Origin: the human T2T-CHM13v2.0 reference genome, Homo sapiens
DNA length: 64,000 bases
Direction: 5' to 3' (one strand)
Assembly: GCF_009914755.1 (NCBI RefSeq)
Contig: NC_060928.1
Position 1 is the stretch's first letter; each line of letters begins with the position of its first letter. Made by a program: the position numbers and the translations under genes. Below the pieces are notes generated by a model. That model worked only from the letters and a program-made list of their open reading frames with translations, searched no databases and was not told where the DNA came from. Positions 1-14,981 of the stretch are shown here, in pieces.

Positions 1-203
1 GCTGTAGAGCAGTGTTTAGGAAGATTTTCTTGCTTTAAAAAACTGGAGAGACTTATAATCCATGGGTCTTGGCCTTGGGTCACATGTGCAAATATCCATA
101 TATGTGATGGACTAATCACATCAAACTGGTGGCTAATAGGAGAAGAGTTCCATTCTGCTAAAGTTTGTAAATCTATCGAGCTAGGGCAATAGAGCAAAGT
201 AGT
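1..203 (-). CDS. FRYL: FRYL coding exon 20, partial (TTLLYCPSSIDLQTLAEWNSSP...KHCSTA; runs off window)
   Basis: ttttcctctccatatag| acceptor at 204-205; frame open to position 1. Confidence 0.93.
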
Positions 204-799
204 CTATATGGAGAGGAAAAAATTGATTATTACACATTTCAATAACTTTGAAATTTTACCATATAAATTGCTTTAAACTGAAAGTGGTGTATTAGTAGTT
301 TCTAAAACAAGATAATATAAAGTCCATGGTAGGTTGAAGGGAGTAGAGAATTCCTGAAACTGCATGTAAAGTTTCTGTATGTGCATACATGTCTTTTTTT
401 TGGAGAGGGATTCCACTGTTTTCATTATTCTCAAGAGGACTATAAACCAAAGAAGTTCAGGACCACTATTTAAGTAATTCTTAAATAAATATCCAAATTT
501 CATCGTATACCAAAAGCTGCCAGAGAACTAAAGAGTGAACCATTAACTTTCATGTTGACCTGTATCTATGTATGTGTGGAACAGACTCAAAAATGAGCTC
601 TTCTCCAGAGGTATATATTCTTAAATACTTGTTCAATATTTGAACTCTTATACTGAAGAGATAAACATTTATGTTCAAAGAAAAGTATATTAAGCACTGC
701 TTTAGGCACAAGAAACAAGTCATCCATTACTCTCTTTTTGGAATAATTCATAATTTATGGTTAATATCTAAAACAAAATGTTTTGAATTGTATAGATCC

Positions 800-990
800 T
801 TTCATAAAATAACTAGAAGAGAGGCTTTTAAAGGTTCTTACCACAAATAAATGATAAACACATGAGATGATGGATACACTAACTACCCTGATTGGGTCAT
901 TATACAATATAGACATGTATGGAAACATCAAATTGCACCGCATAAATATGTACAATTGTATCTATTTAAAAATAAATAAAAATTAAAAAT
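800..990 (+). mobile_element. L1MA-type LINE-1 3' end fragment
   Basis: Typical L1M 3' UTR end (gatggatacactaactaccctgatt...ataaatatgtacaatt) followed by A-rich tail. Confidence 0.7.
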
Positions 991-1827
991 TAGTTTTTTA
1001 AAAAGTTTAGCATCATGGTAGCATCATGGCGGGGGGGGAATTGTACAGATTTCTAATAATCTCTTAGGCTTATAAAACCTTATTACCTCCCTTGGCTACA
1101 TATAACTCATGAATTATAAGAATCAGGTGTTATGCCGCAAGCTCTTAATGTTATGCATTAACCTCTTGACCATGTATTCTAAAATAGGAGGAAATATTTT
1201 TAAATAGTAAGGTTTTATAGCTATTCTTACATCAACTTTGGAATCTTAATATATGACCTTTTACCCAACCAAGACCAAGCAAGAAAGTTTGCATAAACTT
1301 TGTTAGTAATATGTTTGTGGACAAAGTGTTTCTCTCCATTTTAATGAGTCAAATTACATATGACATTGGTATAAAACACTATGTACTTAATCCACTATAC
1401 TTAAACTTATGTGATACACAAAAAACAGTTGCCAAAAAAGCAGGGTGTAAGTTTTTGCTTTGAGTATCACCATTTTTTTCCCGTAGCATTTTCACAAGTA
1501 TTTCTATCTCACGAATATTATATGCCATAATAAAGAGCAAACGGTAGCATAAAGATTCCATTTAACAGAAACTTCTTAGATTGGAAGGATGAGAATTTTA
1601 CAAACATAAAATAATTTTTATTTCTATGTAGAAGAGTACTTAACCAAGTATAAATGAATGTCACTTTTTAAGTACTACTCTTAAGCATTTTCTACTTTTC
1701 AAAAATACTTTCTAACTCATTACATTTGTTAAGGAAGTTATTTTATGTATGCACATGTACATGTATACATATGTGTCTGTCTTAAGTCTCAAAACAAGAT
1801 TGGGTAGAATGAAGTCACTATAGTTAC

Positions 1828-1914
1828 CTGATCAGCCCCAGTGAGATGTATGAAACTCTCAAGAATGGATGGGCTTAGCCTGTCCATCACATCTATGGCT
1901 AATTCATCATCACC
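1828..1914 (-). CDS. FRYL: FRYL coding exon 19 ([29 protein letters not shown], 87 nt)
   Basis: tctttttacag| acceptor, CAG|gtaact donor, phase 0/0; ORF 1789..1986. Confidence 0.96.
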
Positions 1915-2007
1915 CTGTAAAAAAGACATCATATGTCTAAAAAAATTAGGAATGTTTAAGCAAAGTAGCCAAACCCAAGTAAACACTAAAAATTCACTTC
2001 AGCACTA

Positions 2008-2260
2008 TTTTTTTTTTTTTTTTTTTGAGACGGAGTCTCGCTCTGTCACCCAGGCTGGAGTGCAGCAGCGCCATCTCGGCTCACTGCAAACTCCGCCTCC
2101 TGGGTTCACGCCATTCTCCTCAGCCTCCCGAGTAGCTGGACTACAGGCGCCCGCCACCACGCCCGGCTAATTTTTTTTTTATATTTTTAGTAGAGACCAC
2201 CGTGTTAGCCAGGATGGTCTCGATCTCCTGATCTCGTGATCCGCCCGACTCGGCCTCCCA
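2008..2260 (-). mobile_element. AluY-like SINE, 5'-truncated with small internal deletions
   Basis: polyT then gagacggagtctcgctctgtcacccagg...ttagccaggatggtctcgatctcctg. Confidence 0.92.
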
Positions 2261-2382
2261 ATTGAGAACGGTAGGTTAGTTTAGACCCATGGTAGTAACC
2301 TACCTACATGGGATAAGGATGGACAAAGAGATGGTTTTTAAGTACTTTCAATAGATAACTGAATGAAATACCTAAATCTTAC

Positions 2383-2568
2383 CTTAGGTATTTCCAGAAG
2401 TGCAAATAAAGCCCGTATTTCTCTAAGGACACTGACGGCTAGTCTCCTAGTGGCAGGTCGACTGCTACAGAGAATGACAAGCGCAAAGCCTTCAACCACA
2501 TGGAATACATTGGAATATGGGCTCCTTTCCAGAGGAGGGGGATGAGAAGCTCCATTAGCTACACCATG
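2383..2568 (-). CDS. FRYL: FRYL coding exon 18 (HGVANGASHPPPLERSP...ALLEIPK, 186 nt)
   Basis: ctgtttttcaag| acceptor, AAG|gtaaga donor, phase 0/0, 62 stop-free codons. Confidence 0.95.
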
Positions 2569-3459
2569 CTTGAAAAACAGAAGTTAAAAACAAAATATAA
2601 AAATATATGCACAGACATTTCCGAAAAACAGTTAATAAAAAATAAAGCAAATCATAGTGATTATGACTACCGGTCTGCCTCAGCTCAAGCAATGTAAATC
2701 GCATGTATTTTATAAAAATGGAATAGTGTGCACAGTGAAAACATTTCACTGGCAGTCTAAATATGAATTCTGTACCTAACTTCTACCATTCTCTGACTAT
2801 TTTGTAACCTTGGAACTGACAGTTGCTCTTCATCTGATTTCTATGTGGAAAATGAGGGGATTGTAGTGTATCTTTCACACTCAGAGTGTGGACCAGCAGC
2901 CTGGCAATACCTGAGAGCTTCTAAGAAACTCCTGAAACTCTTTCTTAGGGCCCTGTTGATTTGCATGCTCATTAAAGGTTGAGAAGCTAGGGTGGCTTCA
3001 ATGGCTCGGGTCTAAAATTTCAAGGTTCTATGATTTACACATTATCATAAATCAATGATTTGAGCATCTTTTATGGTTAAGGAGCACAGTTACTGTCTAT
3101 GTGAAACAGGGACTGGTGACATGGATAAAACAATCAAATAACCCAAATGGAAGACTACCAAAAATTTATTGTACTGGCTTTAAATATATTGGAAACAACC
3201 TAAAAGTGAGCTGGAATTATCTCTAATTTCTATGCTCATTAAAAACCCAAAGAAGAAGATTAGAAAAGTTAGACACATAAACACTATATATTCACTACAG
3301 GAACTATGGGAAAGTTCAGTTTAAGGGATTAGGAACACATTGAGAGTGAACAGAACTAATAATACTTTTAGTGTTTGATAAAGTAAATCTGTATTAAAAC
3401 CATTATTGGTCATTTAGCACTGACCACATACAAAAGGACAATAGAAAAGAATCTGGTAC

Positions 3460-3697
3460 CTGAGTGTCCTGGTTTTTATTATGCATTTGGGCTGCTTGTT
3501 TCCACTGATTTATTAATTGTACCAACATCTTTACGGCATTATCAAGAAGTGTGGGATGGACATCAGTCACTTCACGAACAATAAAATAAACAAATCCTGA
3601 AAGAACATCCTCCCGCCAATCTGGAAAATCAAGCATTAGTGCCTGCAGAGTATTGAAAGCCAGAGCACGCAGTTCTTCATCCATATGAATTGTGAGC
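3460..3697 (-). CDS. FRYL: FRYL coding exon 17 (LTIHMDEELRALAFNTLQ...NKNQDTQ, 238 nt)
   Basis: ttttgttcttggtag| acceptor, CAG|gtacca donor, phase 2/0; ORF 3403..3684. Confidence 0.96.
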
Positions 3698-4054
3698 CTA
3701 CCAAGAACAAAATTCCATTAGCAAACTTCAATACCTTTCAATTAGTTTTATCATCTGAAACTTAAAACTATGACCTTAAAATAAATGTCCTCTTAGTTGT
3801 TTTGTAAGAAATATGAAGATAGCAACCAATGATCACTTTTTCATGCTATATTCAACTTTATGCTAGTTTATACTCTCATTTGCTTAAATTCACATATGAA
3901 TCTATTCCCATTAGTTGGTGTTTTTACTATAATCTGAATAATAAGTTTGATACAAATGACATTAGAATTCCATTTAAAATCCTTTAATCCTTAAAATACT
4001 GTATTGTTATCTTATAATCAATCAAAAATGATATCTAATCATATGCTATCTTAG

Positions 4055-4404
<350 letters not shown>

Positions 4405-4583
4405 CTCAATTATTCTTTATACACACTGAAGTTACAGTTGAATACAGGATGGCTGATTGTGAAGAAGGATATACAACAAATGAAGATGGAATCAATGCAA
4501 CACAATAATTATTGAAGGTCAGAATGAGAGTAAATTTAGGAGTAATATTATAAATGGTACATGCCTAGAAAAAAAAAAAATAA

Positions 4584-4924
<341 letters not shown>

Positions 4925-6527
4925 TTAAGTCTAAACAAATTAGGAGATGCTATATACAATCTGCTTTTAAATACATCAAAACAATATGGGGCTTTGAATA
5001 TAATTTTAGTTACAGAAGTTTACCATAACATAAAAGAGAATGATAAACAAGAAATTCTTTTAAAAAAATGGCTACAGTAGTGGAAGCCACCATTATATAA
5101 TAATATTATATGAATAAAGAGTTTCTGATTTGGGTCTGAAGAGAATTATGCTAGTAATTGACTACAAAGACAAATGTATCAGAGTTAGAAATAGTCTGAA
5201 TGAATAAGGTAAGTACGTAATATTAAACACAATTATATGCTTGGGAAGCTGGAAAAATGGAGTTATCCACAACAGAGGCAGAAAGTTGTGTGGTTTAGGA
5301 GAAAGGAGATATAAGTATTCACCCTGCTGAACTCAGTTCTAGTCATCACGAAGCCAACTTTCAACTGACAATGAGACTAAAGAGAAGTATTATAGCTAGA
5401 CAGACTGAGGAGTAAGCAACAAAGCAGCAGCAGTTCCATCAGCACATGAGAAATAAACAGGGTCAAATGAAGCATCTCTAGCCCAGTATTCTGTCTCTAA
5501 TAGCGGCACCAGGAGATACAATATGGGAGAAGAGAGTGACAGTCCTCAATGATGTTGACTTTAAAGGTTATTTCAACATTCCTTAAATCCATGAATATGT
5601 AAATATCTATCTTACTCCTATCTGTGTGATACAGGGTATACATGTGTGAGTTAACTGCTCATTGTACAGAGCAGAAAACAATAAAGCTTGGTTAATTAAA
5701 GGCAGGGGAATTAATTAACTTTCCTTAGGGACAGGATACAGGTCTGCACATTTACAATGCACCTTTGTTTTGTTTGTTTGCTTCCTTTATGGTAAAGTAA
5801 ATAAGATTTAGACAGCACAATTCCAAATGATAAGAAGAGAGGAGAGAATAGAATAGACCCTGGGATCTTCCTTTCCATTGAGGTAAATTATTAGTAAACA
5901 AATATCATAGGAGAAAGAAGCAAAGTGAACAGCAAAGCAAATTGTCATTCACTATTCAGCTGTCTGCTCTTTTACTAGGCTTTCCCATCCCTGGCCCTCA
6001 TAGTTACAGTTTCATTTTGGTGGAAAAGATGGGAGATCTACTCTTGTGGATCAACATCCACAAAGATGTAGATGAGTTATGTTGAAATAGGAGGAGTAAG
6101 AGCAGAATTGAACAGTAGTTGTTTACTGCTCTCCCAAGGAATAGTATCATAAATAATTAATGTTTCTTATTTCCAATGCTGGCATGAACTTTGTAACTCT
6201 ACAATCTAATTCACAAAAAAATTAGGAGACTGTGCGAAGGGAACAAATTTATATAATGCAAAGTAACCCCTTTCTTTCACAATCATCACAGGAGACATAA
6301 AATCTCTGATCACAACAGGCAACAGTTGAGGATAATGTAGTGCCAGGGTGTGTGAAAAGCTAGGGAAGTGGGGAGAAAGGATTGCTGGAACAGTCTTTAA
6401 TTGTTTATTTATTATGAATTTAACTTACACCTAAGTGATAAATGCCCAGCCACAAGTAAACACCTTTCAACATAGTCAAATATTGCTGCTCTGCTATAGT
6501 CATTGTATTTGTTTTTTTCATCTAGGA

Positions 6528-6988
6528 CAGGGGCTGGCAAACTGTGGCTCAAGGGCTAAATCCAGCCAGATGCTTATTGGAACGCAGTCATGCGCACTCT
6601 ATTGTCTATGGCTGCTTTTGTACTATAATGGCAGAGATGAGTATGTGTTTGCTTGTTTTATTGATACACAACAGTTGTACATACTTTTGTGGTAGATGTG
6701 ATAATCTAGTGCATTCAAATAATTTGTAAAGATCAAATCAGTGCAATGAGGATATCTATCACCATAAATACTTGTCTTTTCTTTATGTTAGAAACCTTTA
6801 AATTATTCCTTTCTAGCTATTTTGAAATGTACAACAGATTATTGTAAACTATAGTCACTCTACTGATCTATGAACACTAGGTCTTACTTCTATCTAACTG
6901 TATAATTGGACCCATTACAAAGATCATAATGATCTGCAAAACCCTAAAATACTATCTGGTACTTTCCAGAAAAATGTGCTGATCCCTT
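6528..6988 (+). mobile_element. MER58A-like hAT-Charlie element interrupted by a minus-strand L1MA fragment (about 6650-6916)
   Basis: caggggctggcaaact start, gctgatccctt end, near-perfect 8-bp TSD atctagga/atctaggg. Confidence 0.75.
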
Positions 6989-7582
6989 ATCTAGGGAATC
7001 CCTAACTACATCAACAAAGCAGTTTTTCAACAGGCTATCGTCTCAACTTAGAATTAGGAGCTAGTATTTAAGTTTGGTTGTCAGGTTATTTACTCATTTT
7101 ACAGAGCTATGACATGCCTAATAGAAGAGAGAGAAAAACTTAAATGCCACAGTTCTGCCATAGGGGGGAAAAAAAGCACAAATGAGACCTGATTACCACT
7201 AGAGATACTAAAGAAATGACTGTAAGAGTAAACACAATAATTAATTGCCTAACTGGGAATTATCATACACTGATAATGCCCATATGTTAAGGGATAATGT
7301 GTTACAGAAATCCCAGGAAAGAATACTAGATGGAAAAATAGGGAACTGAAAGATAGGATTTGTGGGGGGAATCTAGAAGAATTTGAGAAGTTAAAAATCA
7401 GTGAGGAAAATGTGTTTAACAACAACAAAAAAAGACAAAATGGAAGTTTAGAAAGTAAATCAGATAAAGGATTAGAAATGTCTTTAACATCGCCTTTTTA
7501 GTGATAACAGTAACAAAGGTATATTAGAAATATAAAGGAGCAGAAGACATAAAACAATATAGCAAACAGTAATTCTCATTTA

Positions 7583-7747
<165 letters not shown>

Positions 7748-8494
7748 TCAAACTTGGAAAAATAACTACAGAAAGTGCGAGTCCTCCCCTAAAGTTCAAT
7801 GTATTTAATATTTTAAAAATGCACATAAATCCTGTAGATAATTATTAGCCTATATATGGATAAAAGAATACAGAAATAATTCAAAATAAAACCAGCAAAC
7901 AAAAAGGTTTTCAGTAACTAGACAACAAGCATTACAACCATTATTACATAACAAATATTTAAACAGATTATTTATAATTAATCTTATTAATATTTAAGAT
8001 TAAATATTTAATATTTAGCCTCCCACAAATAATATTAAAATAAATAGCACTGATATCATTAAATAACTAAATACTGGTTATTTTGAGGGGCCTATAAAAT
8101 TAGCCACATTGTTTTCACTTAGTATCTTCCACTAACAAAGGTCTTAGAAACATTCATCTCATACATAGGTGTTTATATTGTTTGTTCTTGTCCTGTATGT
8201 GACACACACACATAAATACACATACTTAAAATTTCTATGTAATAAAATGAGCCAAGTTTTTGAAAATCCTGGTACCTCTAGAGGCTTAATACAATTTAAT
8301 TTTACTATATTTTCTTCTAGTTATTCAATAATTTTATTTATTTTAAATGTCTAACCTCTTAATACACTGGTTTTTATTCTGGTCTGTATTTGAAGGTGAG
8401 GCCTTTTAAATTTCTTTCATCTAAATTGTTCTTCAGTTGGCCTAATAAAATAATCCTTATGTAGAAAAGAATTTGGATATTCTCAGTGTTTTGG

Positions 8495-8807
<313 letters not shown>

Positions 8808-8855
8808 TTGGGTATTTGTTATAGTGGCAATGGACTCACTACCTAGAGATTTCAT

Positions 8856-9990
8856 ATAGTCAGTCCTCTTTTTACATGGTTTCAAAATGCATGAATTTCA
8901 GTTACCACACTTTAGTTAAATAATACCAGTCCCCAAAAAGGCAGTTCAAATTTAAGCTACCATACATTAAGTAATGGCATAAACAAACTTTGCTTTCGCT
9001 CTTTGGTCCATAAAGCACCATGCACATCATAATCACTGTCATTTTCCATCAAGGCTGTCAGTGATTGGTCAAGGTGCATCTGTTATTCAGTTCATACACA
9101 GACAGCAAAGTGTGCAATGGTGTTGCCTCCTGGTCTCCCAGGATAACCCACATGACATTTTACAGAAATAGATAATCAAAAGAGGGTATTGGCTAACAAA
9201 GAGGAAGTACCACAAAGAAAGAAAAAGTAACATCACTGTGTAGTGTGTTCTTATAATTTTATGTTGCTTTGACACCCATATTAAATATAAGTTTGACTTT
9301 CTCATACCAGAAATAGGGCTCAGTCACCCTTGAGACAGTTTCCAGTTCTACACCCCACTCCATCCCCCAGTTCTTTAATGTGGTTGATTCAGGTATCTGT
9401 CTTACACAACTTCTTCCTGGTAATCACCTCCATATGGATACCTAGATGCAGGCTACTTGACTGGCCCCACTGACCTGCGTACCCCACATGGACTATGCAG
9501 ATGTGCTGCAGTGACCACCTCTCAGGCACAGCATGATCTCCTGAACTCATGCGTGCTTGCTTTCAATCCACCAATTAGAATTCCCCATAGGTAACTGTTT
9601 GGAAAACACCCTCAACCCAAAAAAGGCATTGGCCCATGGGCCTCTTTCTCTCTCTCTCTACACATGCTTCCTGACCTCCATGAGTGTGGCCTCCACATGT
9701 GCAGTGTCCCCCACCCACCTGTAAGTAATAAAATCTTTATTGCTATCTTGCTTTTCTCCTAGTCACCGAGAGGGTGCTCTCTATCTCAAAGATCCTAAAT
9801 TAAAGCACACTGAAATAGAATAGAAAGTTAATGCAGTTACAGAAGAAATACACTATATAGGTGTCAGAGGAACTGGGTGAAAGCAAAAACTTACTAAATG
9901 AGGGAAGTGGTTGTGGTGAAAAACAAGATTTCCCAGAGGAAGTAACATTGGCAAAAAACTTCACATTAAAGAAACTCTCAGAGATATTAG
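8856..9990 (+). mobile_element. Tigger13a-like DNA transposon, split by a solo LTR
   Basis: Resembles Tigger13a (gcatgaatttcagttaccac...cacagacagcaaagtgtg...aaaaacttcacattaaagaaactctcagagatatt) on both sides of 9239-9807. Confidence 0.65.
9239..9807 (+). mobile_element. Solo ERV LTR (569 bp), family not assigned
   Basis: TG...CA termini, exact 5-bp TSD CACTG (9234-9238, 9808-9812), AATAAA near 9727. Confidence 0.8.
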
Positions 9991-10662
9991 CATATAGTAG
10001 TACATAATAATTGTATATTAAATAAATTGAGATTAAATACCAAATTTGGTATTCTAAGACCTATAATGCAAATATTAATATCCAGAAGAATCTCCGCCCT
10101 TACAGAGAATATGTAGATGTTTTCTAGCAAATAAAGTAAGCTATTGCCATAACATACAGTTTCCTGAGGAGGAAGTCCCTAACAATAAGAAAAAAAGATG
10201 CAGAGATGACAAATAATGACAAGGCCCTTGGGGTGGGGTGGGATGAGGTAGTGTTTCGAAAAAAACTGCTCATATGTTATTCCTCTCTATGCCCCTTAGT
10301 TCCTAGGAGTCAAAAATAATCAGAGTTCAGATTTTCAGGATTTTTTTTTTTTTTTTAAACTAGGGCTTTGGCAGTGAAAGCATTTATTTGACATAATAAA
10401 CCAATCATGCCCACATACATCCGGGGTACCTAGGATTCATATTTTGCTCACAGAGTAAGTGTAGGGCCTTGTCATTGACAACACACCAGACTGGGATCTA
10501 GAGTGAGTTTTGCTATCTATACCAGTTTGACAGCACTTTAAGGAATAAAACTGAGTGTGTGGAAGGAATCACTGTATTGAAAACTGCAGCAGATAGAAAC
10601 ATGGAAGAACTCCAAAGACCAAGTAAGGAGACAGGTAAGCAAGAACCATCCACACTGTCTTA

Positions 10663-10911
<249 letters not shown>

Positions 10912-11161
10912 CTATTAATCTTTAAATGATTAGCTTATTGTTGCCACAAAAGGGGTTTCAACTGTGACATATTCTTCTCCCTGATGATCAGCTTCAGTAT
11001 ATTTGACTAATTGGAGAAATTATGTGAAAATTATGCAGAGGACTAAAACTAAGTTGAAGAAAGGACAGAATGCAGTGAATAGGATCCTGTGATAAAGATT
11101 TAACTGGAAAACTCTTAACATGAAGACTCATGACTATTATCAAAAAAACGTATTCACTGTG

Positions 11162-11476
11162 GGCTGAGCATGGTGGCTCACGTCTGTAATCCCAGCACTT
11201 TGGGAGGCTGAGGCGAGTGAAATCACTTGGGGTCAGGAGTTCAAGACCAGCCTGGTCAAGGTGGCAAAACCCCATCTCTACTAAAAATACAAAAATTAGC
11301 CAGGTGTGGTGATGCACGCCTGTGGTCCCAGCGACTTGGGAGGCTGAGGCATGAAAATCACTTGAACTCAGGAGGTAGAGCTTACAGTCAGCCAAGATTG
11401 CACCATGCCCTCCAGCCTGGGCAACAAAGTGAGACTCTGTCTCAAAAACAAAAACAAAAACAAAAAACAAAAAAAA
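11162..11476 (+). mobile_element. Alu (S/J)
   Basis: Full dimer with (A5C)n tail. Confidence 0.93.
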
Positions 11477-11617
11477 CCCAGAAGTATTCATTTTGTATGG
11501 CTGTATATACTAGAAAAACCATATTAGGCAAATTTATATACATTTTATATTTGATCAGACTTTTATAAAAGAATATGAAACTGTATTACAAAGCAACATT
11601 TAATTTCAATTAAACTA

Positions 11618-11851
<234 letters not shown>

Positions 11852-11999
11852 TTAGAAATATTTCATCAGTAACATCAGAGTTGGGGGGTGGAAGGAAGGA
11901 AGATAGAAGGAACACTAACCTTTCTGTCCAACATTTTTAACTAGCACAGGCATTAGAATTTGCTTTAATATCAAATTCCCAAATGCCACTCACTCACTT

Positions 12000-12958
12000 C
12001 TGAGGTCGACCAGCTTCCTTATTGTCTCTAAGGCTTATAGCAATCCTCTTCCTCAACTCTCCTATCCTTCTATGGTCCCGTCCCCTCCCCTTTCTAGGCA
12101 AATGACTTGTCTTCTACTTCACAGAAGAAAAAAAATCACCAACTTTCCTCAATCTCTCAATTACAAATCACACTAATTTACTTATACCTGCACCTCTTCT
12201 CCCTCCCTTTTGCTCTTGGTATAGTGAGGGAGTGACAGTCTTCTTAGTTGTTGGAATCCCATCTGTTCTTGCATGTTTGGAAACATTACAGCACCAATTA
12301 CATACACGTTTTCTTTCTTGCATCTTCAACATTTTCCTTTCAACTGAATATATCCCCTTTCTCTTAAATATACTGCTATCTTAATGGAAGAAACTTTCCC
12401 CAAATACTTCCCTGAAGCCATTCTCACTCATCAGTTACCATATTGCTCAAAACAGTGGGCCTATTTATAGTATGCTACTTGATTTCCCAGCAACATGGAC
12501 AAGGTCAAGCACCCTTTCCCTCCTGAAACACTCCCTTCCTTTGGTATCTATGTTCCACTTCTGGCTGTGTCATCTTTATCTGCATTTCAGGTTTGGCCTC
12601 CCTGACCTGGGTATTAAATGTTAGACTGCTTCAAGGCAACGTTCTCCTGGGCTGCCTTCTCCTATCATCATGTATTACCTCCCAAAACAACTGCATATAC
12701 TTACATGGCTTCATTTACCACCCATACCAGATCACCCACAAATTTTAAGCCTGGCCTCTCTCTGAACTCAGACCCTCAGACCCATCTGACATCTCTTACT
12801 TGGATGCCTCTACCTGGATGCCTCATGTTAGACATGTTCAAACCAAATGCATGACCTTGCCCCCAGATTTGATTCCTTCTTAATGTTTTTTTCTCAGTGA
12901 ATGCTCCTCTATCTGCACCACTACAATCCAAGCCCAAGCTGTCATTATCTCTGATCTA
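12000..12958. mobile_element. Degenerate L2 LINE fragments
   Basis: Pyrimidine-rich L2-like text (ccctcctgaaacactcccttcctttgg, ctctctgaactcagac, tctcttacttggatg). Confidence 0.55.
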
Positions 12959-12961
12959 CAC

Positions 12962-13300
12962 CAGTGGTCTCTCAAGTGGGGTACACGCATCCCAGTGGGT
13001 ATGCAAGGTAGTTCAATGGAATACGGGAAGAAAATAAAGCTCTTATATATATATATTTTATCTAAGTAAGATTAAAAGTTTAAGCTTCACTCTTCTTTAT
13101 ATACGACATAGTACTGGTGCCCTCCCTTAGTCTAAGTATCAGATAGTCACATGTCACATAGTCAAAGACGACACCTTGAAAGACGCAGAAAAGCTCCACA
13201 ATGTAGCTTCACTTATACATTCTTTCAGTGTATTGCAATTTGCATGTATTTGATTAAATGGGCTAATGGATAATTTTATCTAGCTTTAACTACATGAGCT
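12962..13300 (+). mobile_element. MER113-like hAT-Charlie element (left part)
   Basis: cagtggtctctcaagtggggtacacgcatcccagtggg...gtcacatgtcaca resembles the MER113 5' end. Confidence 0.6.
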
Positions 13301-13676
13301 CTTACAAAAGTCCTTGAAAAGAAAATACAGATCCAAGAAAAGAAAATACAGATCCAAGATAATCCTAACAAAGTAAACCTAATAAATAACAACCACCTCC
13401 CCCACAGAAAAAAACCCAGCAGAACTGATTTTTTTTACTCATACCTAGTATGAGAACTTCAGGAAGAAAAAAACTTACTTTCAGAAATAAATTTATTCAA
13501 TAGAGTGAATATTTTCTTAAAATGGATGTTCAAGAAAATATCTTTTGTTTCATAATTTTTGTTGCTGGAAACCATTTTTGTCAGTAGAAACCAAAAAATA
13601 TATAAATAAGAGCTTTATTTTTTTCCTGTATTCCAGTGAACTACCTTCTACACCCACTGGGATACATGTACCCCCA
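12977..13676. repeat. Long imperfect inverted repeat: arms 12977-13059 and 13595-13676
   Basis: Hand alignment about 87% identity over about 83 nt. Confidence 0.85.
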
Positions 13677-14282
13677 ACAAGTTAAGTATGTCAGCTATAC
13701 AAACAATCATGTTTGCCCACTTCCAAAATCTGGAAATAATTATTAAACTATCTTAAAAATATTACAAATGAAAAGCTGCATTATCTTTCCAACTCATTTG
13801 TTAACCACATAAACACATACCTTAGGATTTGACTATGTATAGGATCAAGATAGTAATTTAAAATAAATAAGAAAATAAACAGATAACACCTATTTTGCCT
13901 TTTTATATCCTCAAATGTAATTAGATTCCAACAAAGAATTAATTTATGAAATATTTTGAAAAATCCTGAAAATCTAATGTCTAAAGAATGAATTAGAGTT
14001 TACTAGTGAATAATGAGACCATGGAAGCAGGATATAACATTCACTTTTTTAATGTTGATTTTTTTTGGCATGGGGGAAACAAATTTTTGTTTTTTCTATA
14101 ACACCTAGAACAGTGCCTGGCACATTTCAGGTGCTCAATAAATGTTGAATGAATGAGATTTATTGAAGAACACCTTAAATATAAACAATGTGAAGTAAAA
14201 AAAAAAACAACCAAAAAAAAAAAAAAACCTGGGCTCATTATAACTTCCAGGAGCCAGCTGAGCTGACTAACCTGATAAAATT

Positions 14283-14589
<307 letters not shown>

Positions 14590-14627
14590 TATTTATTATT
14601 TTCTACCACGCTTAAACACCATTATTT

Positions 14628-14680
14628 CACTCCAGCCTGGGCAACAAGAGCAAAACTCTGTCTCAAACAAACAAACAAAC
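14628..14680 (+). mobile_element. Severely 5'-truncated Alu (last about 40 nt plus (AAAC)n tail)
   Basis: cactccagcctgggcaacaagagcaaaactctgtctc; TSD aaacac(c/t)attatt at 14614-14626 and 14681-14693. Confidence 0.85.
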
Positions 14681-14699
14681 AAACACTATTATTAAACCA

Positions 14700-14810
14700 T
14701 TCGGCCAGCTATTAGAAAGGTTAAGTAACTTGTCCTGGATCACAGCTACTATTAGAAGTAGAGCTGGGATTTGAACCTAAGAGTTCTGATTCCAGAAATC
14801 ATGCTCTTAA
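14700..14810. mobile_element. MIR fragment
   Basis: MIR core aggttaagtaacttgtcc...agagctgggatttgaacc. Confidence 0.7.
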
Positions 14811-14843
14811 AAAAAAAATCTAGGATTTTATATTATTACATTA

Positions 14844-14981
<138 letters not shown>

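Noticed and set aside
2270-2304. 9-bp inverted repeat ggtaggtta/taacctacc beside the truncated Alu
   Set aside because: Short enough to arise by chance in 64 kb
10994-11568. Longest ORFs in the track (165 aa and 113 aa) and similar ones at 20651, 33403, 34523
   Set aside because: They are translations of Alu sequence, not genes
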